Shown here: in pieces, positions 26,580 to 38,352 of the stretch
How the letters are laid out: every line of letters begins with the position of its first letter
How positions within the stretch are numbered: position 1 is the first letter of the stretch
NCBI RefSeq assembly: GCF_963921235.1
Contig: NC_086097.1
Location: 250,172,001 to 250,236,000, forward strand
Reading direction: 5' to 3'
DNA: 64,000 bases
DNA from: Mobula hypostoma
Lineage: Eukaryota
Notes under the pieces: model-generated
The model's input: only the letters and a program-made list of their open reading frames with translations
Databases searched by the model: none
Told to the model about the DNA's origin: nothing
Made by a program: the position numbers and the translations under genes

Positions 26580-27514
26580 TGCGCAAATAATTAACTTGTT
26601 CTCCAATCGGTGAATAAAGAAGCTTCAATAAACTCGCCGCAATCTACTCGAGTGCGGACGAAGATTTGGACTGAATTAAGGAATCAAAGGTTTAATTTCG
26701 TCCGCAGAGACGGTAATTAATCTAATAAAACGCGAGCAATTTAATTTGGGTTATGGACGTTTAATAAACGAGGGGTTAATTGCAGTTCTTGTGTTATAAC
26801 ATGTTTGTCTGTTAGTGATTATGAGTGCCGCTTGGTGCCTGGTTCCAAAGTCGAAACAACTTGCCTGGGACATGACTTACTGTACTTTCCTTCTCAACAT
26901 CATTTCCCTACTTTGCAGTGAAGTGTTGCACGTGATACAACTAATGGAGTTTGAGGTATTAATTTCCAGCACAGGCAGTGATTCTCCATAGGAAGTAGGT
27001 CCACTATAGGTAAAGAGAGCTGTAACCAAAATTATTGTGAAATTCCTTCTGTGTTCTTCCGATTCATTCTGGTAAGTGCATATGCTAAACCACAGTAAGT
27101 CACTTTACCAGAGTAATATAAAACGTGTCAAACAGCAAGGACAACAAATGATTAATGAAGTAGCAGTACAGAAAGCAAACTATACTTACCATCCACTAAA
27201 CCAGGTGATCTGCAATGTGCCAAATCTTCACGCATTCCCTTCTCGCACTCGACATACTTGTCCCTAACTTCTCCAACTCTAGTAGTGTAGGTATCAGCAC
27301 AGGTGACCTGTGTTCAATTTCCGCTGCTGCCTGTAAGGAATTTGTGCACTCTCCCTGTGACCGCGTGGGTTTCCTCCTGGGGCTCCAGTTTACTCCCATG
27401 GTCCAAAGACACAACGGTCGGTGGGTTAATTGGTCATTGTAAATTGTCCTGTGATTAAATTGGGGGATTTCTGTGCAGCGTAGCTCAAAGGGCTGGAAGA
27501 ATCTACTCTACATT

Positions 27515-28430
27515 GAACATAGAGTAGTACAGCACAGTACAGGTCCTTTGGCCCACAATGTTGTGCCGACCCTCAAACCCTGCCTCCCATATTACCCCCC
27601 ACCTTAAATTCCTCCATATACCTGTCTAGTAGTCTCTTAAACTTCACTAGTGTATCTGCCTCCACCACTGACTCAGACAGTGCATTCCACACACCAACCA
27701 CTCTCTGAGTAAAAAAACCTTCCTCTAATATCCCCCTTGAACTTCCCACCCCTTACCTTAAAGCCATGTCCTCTTGTATTGAGCAGTGGTGCCCTGAGGA
27801 AGAGGCGCTGCCTATCCACTCTATCTATTCCTCTTATTATCTTGTACACCTCTATCATGTCTCCTCTCATCCTCCTTCTCTCCAAAGAGTAAAGCCCTAG
27901 CTCCCTTAATCTTTATCATAATCCATACTCTCTTAACCAGGCAGCATCCTGGTAAGTCTCCTCTGTACCCTTTTCAATGCTTCCACATCCTTCCTATAGT
28001 GAGGCGACCAGAACTGGACACAGTACTCCAAGTGTGGCCTAACCAGAGTTTTATAGAGCTGCATCATTACATCACGTCTCTTAAATTCTATCCCTCGACT
28101 TAAGAAAGCTAACACTCCATAAGCTTTCTTAAATACCCTATCTACCTGTGAGGCAACTTTCAGGGATCTGTGGACATGTACCCCCAGATCCCTCTGCTCC
28201 TCCACACTACCAAGTATCCTGCCATTTACTTTGTACTTTGCCTTGGAGTTTGTCCTTCCAAAGTGTACCACCTCACACTTCTCCGGGTTGAACTCCATCT
28301 GCCACTTCTCAGCCCACTTCTGCATCCTATCAATGTCTCTCTGCAATCTATGACAATCCTCTACACTATCTACAACACCACCAACCTGTGTGTCGTCAGC
28401 AAACTTGCCAACCCACCCTTCTACCCCCAC
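27515..28430 (-). mobile_element. Young CR1 3' portion (RT C-terminus)
   Basis: KFADDTQVGGVVDS, WQMEFNPEKC, RPHLEYCVQFWSP in a long open frame. Confidence 0.9.
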
Positions 28431-30479
28431 TGAATCAATGAATCTCGATAAAATAAAAATACTAGACCTAAGGGAGTATCTTCCTTCTCTCTCTCTGTAT
28501 CTTGTCCTCCTCCTTTCTTTCCTTACACAAAAGAATTGCCCCTTCAAAACGCCTTATGTTAGTCCTTATATTTAAACTAGTACTTCAACTTAAATCCCTT
28601 ACACTAGTATTTTCCCCCATGCTGTCCTTGTTCTGTTGATAATTACTGAGTCTGTTCATATGTTCACATTTATTTAATTTTGATTATTGATGTTTGTACA
28701 TGTGACCTTTCTGCTAATTGTTGTTTGTTCATGGCTGTTTGCACTATTGTCCTGTAAACTGTTGGTTGTTACTGTGTTGTTGTTATGGTATTGTCCCTGT
28801 ATTTTATCCTTGGCACCGAACCAAAGTCAGTTCTGGTATGGTTCAGATGAAGTGATTCTGAAATTGCCATGCATTTGGTACTGCACCTGCTCAGCGATGT
28901 CACCTTCTCTGGACAAACGTGTTTTTCACCGTTATCCACTATTATGGCTGCAGACTTGTATTCCCTTAACTTTCTCAAAACAGCTCAGTTACAATGTTTA
29001 AGTGAAGTTTGGACTGGTACATGGATGGTAGGGGTGTGGAAGGCTATGGTCCTGGTGCAGGTGGATGTAAGTAGGCAATGTAAATGGTTCAGCATGGACT
29101 GGATGGGCCAAAGGGCATCCTTCTGTGCTGTACTTTACTTCGGCCCTTTTGCTGTGGACTGGTTCTCTCGTATTTCCTCAAAACAATCCCACTCCGAGCT
29201 AACACCATTTTGTCTCACAGATTTCCATTTTATTTTGGTATATACCAAAGAGGAATCACGTTTAACTCTCTCCCTATGAACCATAATTTGGAATTGTAAC
29301 CAGATTTAACAAGTTTTAGATCTAATTTCTGGGCTATGCATTCAGCTCATGAATATATAGATATTAGTTGTCCAGAACTTTCATTGTTTACTGAATTTCT
29401 GACTGGTTTGCTCACCTGATGAATTATTGACCAGCTGTTTTTGTAGCAAAAAGTTCAAGTAAAAGGCAAGCTTTTTCATTACTAATTCATTCTAGCATTA
29501 TGCATTTTAAATTCTTAGCATTATGCATTTTAAATTTCTACTGTAATAATTCATCAGTTATCTTAAGGCTCCATGGCAAAAAAGGGTTGGGAACCCCTGT
29601 CTTAGTTCATTCAGAAGTGATAACTATCAAAACATGAATTTAAGCTATATAAAGGCTCTATGATAGTCAGATTCAGGTCATTACTCTATCAACCGTTGGG
29701 GATTGCGTTACTGTTGTTAATCATTCTTTGGAGATGTCACAGTACATGGGCTTCTTGAACCTTCCTGAACGATGACATCTGGTATAATGTTCACCGGCAA
29801 AAAAAACTCTGACTCCTCTCGTAACTTACAAGTATGTAAGAAAAAGCAACTGAAGTTCAATTTTACGGCATATTGTTATCCAAGACTTCTGATGAGATTG
29901 CATCTACATCAGGATTTTTCACTTGTATCTTTAATATCTCTCAAACATTCTTTTCATTGCTAATCCTGATTGAAATTGCTTTTAACTTTCATAAAATAAT
30001 TAGAACATGTATTGAGAATAAACCCATAAGATATAGGAGCAGAATTAGGACATTTGGCCCATCGAGTCTGCTCTGCCATTTCATCATGGCTGATTCAATT
30101 TTCCTCTCGGCCTCAATCTCCTGCCTTCTCCCCATTTCCCTTCGTGTCCTGATCAATCAAGAACCTATCAACCTCTGCCTTAAATATATTCAGTGATGTG
30201 GTCTGCACAGCTGCCTGTGGCAAAGAATTCCATGGATTCACCACTCTCTGGCTAAATTTCCTCCTCATCTCCATTCTAAAAGGACACCACTCTATTTTGA
30301 GACTGTGTCCTCTGGTCTTGGACTCTCCCACCATAGGCAACGTCCTTTCCACATCCACTTTATCGAGGCCTTTCAGCATTCGATAGGTTTCAATGAATGA
30401 ATTTTTAAAAGTAAAACCCTGAAGCCCTTTCTGCAAAAACAGTACAATAACTTACTTTACAGTTACATGTTAAACACAT

Positions 30480-31057
30480 CACTAGTTTTTGTTTCACTTG
30501 TGTATATCTGGATTCCTCAAATTTTCATCAAAATTAGACGTATTAGGCTCATGCAGTATATAACTAGGGTGCCTAAGACTTTTGCACAGTGCCGTGTATG
30601 TCAACGTGGAGTGAAGATCGCATTTGTAAATCTGGTGGGGGCAAAGTATGTAGAAATGGCAAGAGTGGAGGCCATGGGAGTGGTGTGGGACAGGTGGCAG
30701 AGGAAGGGCTCCAGGGTGAGGTGTTGCACGGGTGCAGACACACCCAGCCCTGAGACACCAGGCAAGATCATTTGATTCCAAATGATTGGTTTATTGATCA
30801 TTACAGAATGTCTCTCTGGTGCTTCCCGCTCCCTCTCCTCTCCCTTCCCCTTTTCCCAACCAAGATTCCCCTCTCCCTGCCCCCTTCCCACTCTCAGTAC
30901 ACATTAGATACCCATTATCAGAATCAGGTTTATCAGCACTCACATATATCATGAAATTTATTTTTTGTGTGGCAGCTGTACTGTTCAAAAAGTCTTAGGT
31001 ACTCTAGCAAAAAAAAATTATGTATACATACACAAGAGACTTTTACACAATACTGTA
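30480..31057. mobile_element. Tc1-type TIR-bearing non-autonomous composite (second copy 49075-49575)
   Basis: TIR CAGTACTGTGCAAAAGTCTTAGGCAC-like in both orientations. Shared ~400-bp body. Confidence 0.65.
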
Positions 31058-31981
31058 AACTTTTTTTTAGATTTCATCCCTATATATATTGATTTCTCAA
31101 TTTTTGTCAAAGTTAGATTTACATTCTTTTAAAATAGTTGTGAGCATTCATGGCACAAAGTTTTCCTAAACAGATCACATATGTCACTCTGGTCGTCCAT
31201 GATTAACTGTGCCTTTTTTGGACAGAGTTAGCATTATTGCCTGCTTCCTGCAAGAACTTGTTTTGTTTCGCTGGAGGGTAAGAACACACCTTGATAGTTA
31301 CTGTTCCAAAGGGATGTACTTTCAAATACGATACCTTTTCTCTTTCTTAATGTTCCAAGCATAGTTCAGAAGAGTATACCTTTTGGATGAATGCAGCTTT
31401 GTATTTTTGAGATCAGCTTTGGATAGTTTTGTTTTAATCTAACTTAGTCCTTGTTTGACCTTGTACTTTAACTTACAAGTAACTTCTCCACTTTGGTAAA
31501 ATCAGTCAGCGCATCCCAAAAAGCTTGCTTGCCTTGATTTTGGTTTAGTTGCTTATCCTTAAAGGTGGAGAGTTTGTAGCAAAGTATCACACAAAAGTGC
31601 TGGAGGAGCTCAGCAGGTCAGGCAGCATCTATAGAAAGGAATAAAGAGTCGACATTTCAGTCTGAACCCCGTCATCGGGATTCTTCATTCTGTTTGAGTT
31701 TGTAGCATAATTGTGCTAAAGAATCTCCACCTTAAAGATGTAAGCAACCTTGCGCACCTTTAGTAATTTAAATTATAATTTCATCTCTCTAATTTAGGTG
31801 TTTATTCAAGTGTTATAACAAGTTAATTATAATTTCAAGTTTTTTTTCTGTGGTTGTCTACGTGGAATACTATTTTCTGGAGAAATAGATTCATACAATT
31901 TTATTTTTGTTGGCTTGTTTGGCTAACTAAAGAGTGCTGTCTCCCTAACTGCTGTCTTATGTTTTTTTTTGTTTCATACAG

Positions 31982-32137
31982 TTCTTTCAGATTCAGCCCG
32001 AGCTAATGCTGCTGGCTCATGCAGGGGCAGATGCTTTGAACTGCAAGAGGCAACCCCACCCAACTGTCGTTGTGACAATTTGTGCAAAAGTTATAACAGC
32101 TGCTGTTTAGATTTTGATCAACTTTGTTTGAAGACAG
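31982..32137 (+). CDS. ENPP2: ENPP2 exon 3: somatomedin-B domain 1
   Basis: tttcatacag|...AAGACAG|gtacta, 156 nt. Encodes [52 protein letters not shown]. Confidence 0.97.
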
Positions 32138-34099
32138 GTACTACATTCAGCGGTGAACATACTTTCCGTTGTATGTTCAGACATTTTCACTTTTGAGGGG
32201 TTGTTCCTCGCTCACTAGTTTCCCCTCTGCATCCTTTAGTGTCAATGTCTCACACGGTTGAGAGGTTGCTTTGAGGTCTAAGATGGCTTCTCTTTCTCCC
32301 CCCTCTTGCTTCAAGCCCTGTTTGTAGCATGCCATCTCTGCTTGATGTCTCCCTGCAGTGATCACCGTAAGCTCTCTTTACACTGCATGGTAAGAAGAGA
32401 ATGCTCTACTTTAAAAAAAAATACAATTGTACATTTCTTTACTACTTCTAAACCAGAACATTGGAATGCAAGTTGAAATGAGCAATCTGATTTAACCATA
32501 TGGGTCTCAAAGTGCAAAGGAAATATTCCTGTGTGTTTTTATTTTCTCCCGTTTTCTGCAAGTCTATTTTTCACCCCTCTTTAGGTTACAATTACCCATC
32601 ACGTTTTCGAAAAAGAGGGCAGGAAGGTGAGTTAGCTGGTATTCAAAATATTTCATCTTTCTTCAGTGCGGGCATGCTATGGTGTATACTGTAAATCTCT
32701 TGAGGAATAAAATCTATTGTAATAGTGGGTATACTGAGGTGGCCAGTGTATAGTGGGCATCTGAGGAGCTGATAGTTAATGAGATCTAATTGTCACCATG
32801 CCTTAGTCCCTCCAGGCGAACTTCACAAATACTGCATCAGTACTCATACATAACAGGAATGATGCAAATATTTTCTGTCATTAGGACAGTGTAGTGACTT
32901 GACTTTCTGTCAGTCAGCTAAACATGAGGCAGTGGGTGATTTCTAAAAAGCAAGTCAGAAACGTCTTAAGCATGTTTTCCTTTTGATTTACTGTTGCCAG
33001 CTGAGTGAATATTGTTAGTTCTTAGAATGTTACAGCACAGTGCAGGGCCTTTGGCTGATGATGTTGTGCCAATCTAACCCTTCCCTTCTACATAGCCCTC
33101 CTTTTATTTATCATCCATGTGCCAGTCTAAGAGTTCTTAAATGTCCCTCTACCACCATCCCTGGCAGAGCGTTCCACACACCCAGCACTCTCTGTGTAAA
33201 GAGTTTACCTCGTTCCCCCCCCCCCCATACTTTCCTCCAATCACCTTAAGGTTAGGTCCTCTCATATTAGCATTTCTGCCCTGGGGTAAAAGTCTCTGGG
33301 TCTGCACTCGATACATGCCTCTCATCATTTTGTCCTCCTTTGTGAGATATAGTCCAGGATATGGGGGTGGTGGAAATCAAAGGTTCATCTGTATTCACGA
33401 TCTTAGGTCATCAGCAATGTTGTTTGGGAAGTGGGTGCCTTTTTGTTTCCACTTCCACCTTGTGAACACTTAACATCATGGTTTATTTCTCTGTTGGCTC
33501 TTTATTCTTTCCATTTTCTTTCATTCCTTCTCTCTTACCCCCATTTTCGTTCTGCCTCCTTTGACATTCTCTGTTCTCTCTCCCTCCCCCCACCCCCACC
33601 CCCACCCCCACACACAAATGACAGGGATCTCAATTTCCCAGAACTCCCTCCACCACATTCACTCAACAAAAGAATTAGCTGATACCAAGTGGTCCATCTC
33701 CTACCTGAACATACTAAGGGACGATCAGTGTGTGGTGAATTGTTTTTATATTAAGGTTTCTTTCCTCTCTGTCCAATTATCTACTCACATTTAAATTCTT
33801 ATTTAATACAACACTCACTCAACTAGAAATTCGGTCTTGGCTGGTCGCCAGAAAAGCCATACAAGCATTCTCATTGGGTAGCATTCTAGCATTTGAGTTA
33901 ACAAATGGTAAGTTGAAATTGCACTTCAAAGCTCTGATCTCATGAAACAAGGCTAACTTCCAGTGCAAACAGTGTGCCTGTGTGTGATTTTGTCACAAGA
34001 GTTTGCCTTTCTGGTGAGCTGTTTAAACCGAATCCTCATTTTGGGTTATGTGGTGAGTGGTAAAGATCCCACAGGACAATTTTAAGGAAGGAGACAGGA

Positions 34100-34420
34100 G
34101 TTGGTCCTCTGCCTGTGTGTAAGAGAGCATTGAGGTGTCCCTGGAGGAATGCTGGTGACCGGCACCTTCCAGGCTGCAGGGGTACATGCGAGGGCGCGGT
34201 GGGGAAAGACCCCGGTGCTACCGGAGAGGGAGGGGCTGGGTTGGGTGAGGAAGCCCCTCAATTATTGTAATAGTGAATCACCCCGGAACCCCGGGCAGCA
34301 GTGCAGGAACAATAGGGAAAGCATTGGCTGTGAATACAAAGAATGAAAGTGCATTGCACAGTTTATTCTTGTAATTTGTAAAATTCTGAATAAGGTTTAT
34401 TTTGATTTTTTGTTTAAAAA
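34100..34420 (+). mobile_element. Probable L1/Tx1-clade 3' end
   Basis: ARARWGKTPV resembles Tx1 ORF2 C-termini as I recall them. Followed by an AT-rich tail with AATAAG. Confidence 0.4.
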
Positions 34421-34953
34421 AAGCATGAATAAAAAAGATTATCTAGTCAGTAAGTCATTGATGCTTGTGGGGTGTTTGGCTGTGTTTAAATTGACTGTAA
34501 TAAGAACAATCACTGGATTTACAAAAAGTGTTTCAGAATATCAGAAAGATTTCATTTACATATCATCTTTCTTTTGACTGGTATTCTCAAATTCAGATCT
34601 ATTGTTTTTGGCAAAATCAGATTTTGGAAACTAAATGCAACTTTCATGTTGTGCCTTGACTTGCGTTCAGCGATGCTAATCAAGGGTGAACGTCTAGGCA
34701 GCACGGTACATGTTGATGATTTACCTCATAGTCCAGAACTTTTTCTGGTGTCAGTGAAGAAATACAATGGAATTTGTGTCTTGATAGCAAGTGGTGAAGC
34801 TGTAACGATTATCAACATGAATACTGTGTTAGTGAGTTATGCAATATATAAAGTACAGAACTGAATGAAAGATTGCAGAAGTGATGATGGCAATTGGGGA
34901 AATCTCTGAATACTCCAGTGGCTGGTAACTTTTTTTAATGGTGCACGTTCCAG

Positions 34954-35079
34954 GTCATGGATGGGAGTGCAGCAAAGAACGCTGTGGGGAAGCCAGGAAT
35001 GAAGACTATGCCTGTCAGTGCTCTGAAGACTGCATGAGTAGAGGAGATTGCTGTACCAATTATAAAGTTACATGCAAAG
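34954..35079 (+). CDS. ENPP2: ENPP2 exon 4: somatomedin-B domain 2 with RGD
   Basis: ttccag|...TGCAAAG|gtaatc, 126 nt. Encodes [42 protein letters not shown]. Confidence 0.97.
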
Positions 35080-35849
35080 GTAATCTCAGCCTGTTACATT
35101 CCAAGAAACTAAATGTGGCCCAATCACAAACATGAGAAAATCTGCAGATGCTGGAAATCCAAGCCCTACACCCACTCATTAGGCTTGAGTCCAGACCATC
35201 TCATCTGCAGGAAGCAGAGGTGTCTCTGGCAGTCTCGCTGATTGTTACTGCATCAGGCCGTCCTCGCCTTACTGTGACTTCTACATGTGCGCTTTAATGC
35301 ATCTCTGACTTCCAATAAAATCTCCTTCCTCTAATCTCATTGCTCTGCACCTGGACCAGAGCCCTCCCTAACCCTCCCATCCACGTACTTATCCAAATTT
35401 CTCTTAAAAATTGAAATCAAACCCATATCCACCAGCTCATTCCACACTCTCATGACCCTCTGAGTGAAGAAGTTCCCCACATGTTCCCTTTAAGCATTTC
35501 ACCTTTCACCCCTAACCTATGACCTCCAGTTGGAGTATCACTCAACCTCAGTGGAAAAGCCTGATTGCATTTACACTACCTGTGTCCCTCTATCTGTAAT
35601 TTACCCTATCTGTGTCCCCCTATCTAAAATTTACCCTGTGTCCCTCTATCTATAATTTAGTACATCTCTATCAAATCTCTCCTCAGTCTCCAACACTCCA
35701 AGGAATAAAGCCCTAATCTATTTAACCTTTCCCGATAGCTCCAGGTCCTCAAGTCCTATCAAAATCCTTGTAAATTTGTTCTGTTCAACTTTGCTGTCAT
35801 TTATAATTGTTCCTGTAGGGTTTGTTTAGTTTTTCTATTATTTTCTATA

Positions 35850-36385
35850 GCCGGGGGCAGTAGTGGGGATAAGCTCCCACTACCTATTAAATGCTCCCAA
35901 TGGCTTGCGTCTCAAACAGCCTCTGATAGATAACCAAGTCCAGCTCCTGGCCTTCATGTGTAGCTTAGCTACTAAGCCCAGCGGAACCATTTCTGCTGAC
36001 AGGAGAAGGGACAAAGGCTAGCACCTTAAAACAGGTCGCTTCAGGGAGATGGGAATTATCAGCCGTGGTTGGGAGCTCATTTAGGAGAAGGAAACTCTGA
36101 TCTCAAACCTCCACTGCCTTGCAGCTAAACCCACTGATGGGGAAGGCTTAGGGAGTAAACTCAAGAGAAATCTGGAGCTGGAGACCCCAAGGCAGTCCTA
36201 CATCGAGTTCAGAGCCGAGCTCTGTCGGTCTCTGCCGTTCCTTTGAATTCTTCAGCTGCATGAAGAGGGGGAGCCTGCTGCATGGGCAACAGCTTGCTCT
36301 CCAAATCCTACTGCCCTGGTTGGCATACCTAGACAACTAGGATGCAATATCTACGGCCAATCCCAAGCAATGGAGGGCCTCTATT
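35850..36385 (+). mobile_element. Interspersed repeat, probably RTE-clade 5' UTR-derived (inverted copy 39335-39905; piece ~60095-60180)
   Basis: GGGATAAGCTCCCACTACCTATTAAATG... present in opposite orientations. Clade assignment from memory. Confidence 0.55.
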
Positions 36386-36649
36386 AGTGGAATAGGGAAG
36401 TTAGTGTCTTTGGATGCTTCCATTATTGAAGTCACAATTATTTGAAACCGGGCAAATTCATTTGAACATGAGCTATTATCATTTGCAGCTTCCAGTTTGG
36501 TAATTTTATATAAGACTAAGTGGTAGTGGTTGGAATATCGTTGGCCTTTACAAATGCATTTATTTATTTAGCGATACAGCGTGGAGTTGGCCCTTCTGAC
36601 CCTTTGAACCACGCCCCCCAGTGTCCCCCAACATTCCCGATTAACTCTA

Positions 36650-37440
36650 ATCTAGTCAAAGTAAAATTATTATCCGAGTACAAACATGTCACCACATACG
36701 TCCCCGAGATTCTTCTTTTCTGGGGGCATACTAAGCAAATCTATAGAACAGTAACTGTAACCAGGATCAATGGACAGCAAACTCTGCAGGTGGAAATATA
36801 AATAACGAGCATGACATAGCAAGATAAGAGAGTCCTTAAGTGGGTGTGGTTGTTCTCTTTTGTTCAAGAGCCTGTTGGCTGAGGGGTAGTAACTGTCTTG
36901 AACTTGGTGGTGTGAGTCCTGAGGCTCCTGTACCTTCTACCTGATGGCAACAGTGAGAAAAGAGCATGGCCTGGGTGATGAGGATCTTTGATGATGGATG
37001 CTGCTTTCCTACGGCAACGTTTCATGTAGATGTGCTCAAAGGTTGGGAGGGTTTTGCCTGGGATGTACTGGGCCGAATGCACTATCTTTTGTTGGATTTT
37101 CTGCTCAAAGGCTTTGGTGTTCCCACACCAGGCCGTGATGCAGCCAGTCAGCACACTTTCCACTTGCCAAGGTTTTTGATGGCATGCCAAACCACTGGAG
37201 ACTCCTGAGGAAGTAGAGGTGCTGTCATACTTTCTTCACAAATATATTTATATGATGGGTCCAGGACAGGTCCTCTGAGATGGTGACACCCAGGAATTTA
37301 AAGTTACTGACCCTCTCCACCTCTGATCCTCCAATGATTACTGGCTCACGGACCTTTGGTTTCCCTCTCCTAAAGTCTACAATCAGTTGACATTGAGTGA
37401 GAAGTTGTTGTTATTACAGCACTCAGCCAAATTTTCAATG
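36650..37440 (-). mobile_element. Rex1/Babar 3' fragment
   Basis: VESVLTGCITAW and IIKDPHHPGHALFSLLPSGRRYRS. Confidence 0.85.
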
Positions 37441-38291
37441 TGTTTGGAAACAGTCGGAGGAAACTGGAACACCTGGGGAAAACCTACACACTCCAAGGGT
37501 GAGGGTGCACAGAAACTCCTTACAGAGGACACCGGAATTGAGCTCCGAGCTGTAATATTGTCATGCTAACCACTACACAACCATAGCACCCTCATTTGCC
37601 TTGCCGTGGTAAATGAGATCTCTTTCGGAGCATTTGGATGTTAATATGGTCTGGTTTGAATATGATTGCTGCTTTATAGTTTTTTGACATAATAAATATG
37701 TTTGAAAAACAGTTTGAGTGTTTTAAAATATTAAAAAAATTAATAACCACTAAGATATGTTACCCATTTTTAGTAATTTTCTTAAATAGACCTCTTGTGG
37801 CACAGTAAAGTAGTGGTTAGCACAATGCTTTACAGTACCAGCGCCTTGTGTTCAGATCCCAGGGTCTTCCGTTCTCCCCACGACCTTGTGAGATTCCTCC
37901 GGGTGCTCCAGTTTCCTCCCACATTCCAAAGACGCACTGGTTAGTGGGTTAATAGGTCATTGCAAACTGAACAGTGATTGGGCTAGGATTAAATTGGGGG
38001 ATTGCTGCGTGGCATGGCTCGAAAGGACAGATGGGCCTACTCCACGTAGTATGTTAATAAATAAATAGGAAAAAATATATAATAAATAAATAGACAAATG
38101 AGTTGCCCTAATTTTCATTCTTAGTTGAAAAGAAGATGATGTACAGATTAACTTCTTAGTTGCAATCTGTTTTCTCTTTGAAATTCATGAAAATCAATCA
38201 TTAATTTACAGATGACAGTATCTTAGATTTCATTGTGCAGTTTCTAAGCTGAATTATCTTTTGTCAATTATGTCATGAACTCTCTCACCAG

Positions 38292-38352
38292 GTGAGATGC
38301 GTTGGGTCAATGAAGATTGTGAAGATTTGAAAACACTGGATTGTCCAGCAGG
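38292..38352 (+). CDS. ENPP2: ENPP2 exon 5
   Basis: tcaccag|...GCAGG|gtatgc, 61 nt. Encodes GEMRWVNEDCEDLKTLDCPAG (human GESHWVDDDCEEIKAAECPAG). Confidence 0.95.

Larger units (their letters stand above)
25300..26760 (+). promoter_or_regulatory. ENPP2: CpG-island promoter region of ENPP2
   Basis: Visibly CpG- and GC-rich, transposon-free stretch around exons 1-2 in otherwise CpG-depleted DNA. TSS not determinable. Confidence 0.75.

Noticed and set aside
29560..29600. hAT-like TIR end GGTTGGGAACCCCTG
   Set aside because: Only one end is visible; no partner TIR or 8-bp TSD found.
29493..35660. Small tandem duplications (23-bp period at 29493-29536; ~30-bp x3 at ~35567-35660)
   Set aside because: Ordinary slippage products; the second lies inside a CR1 tail.
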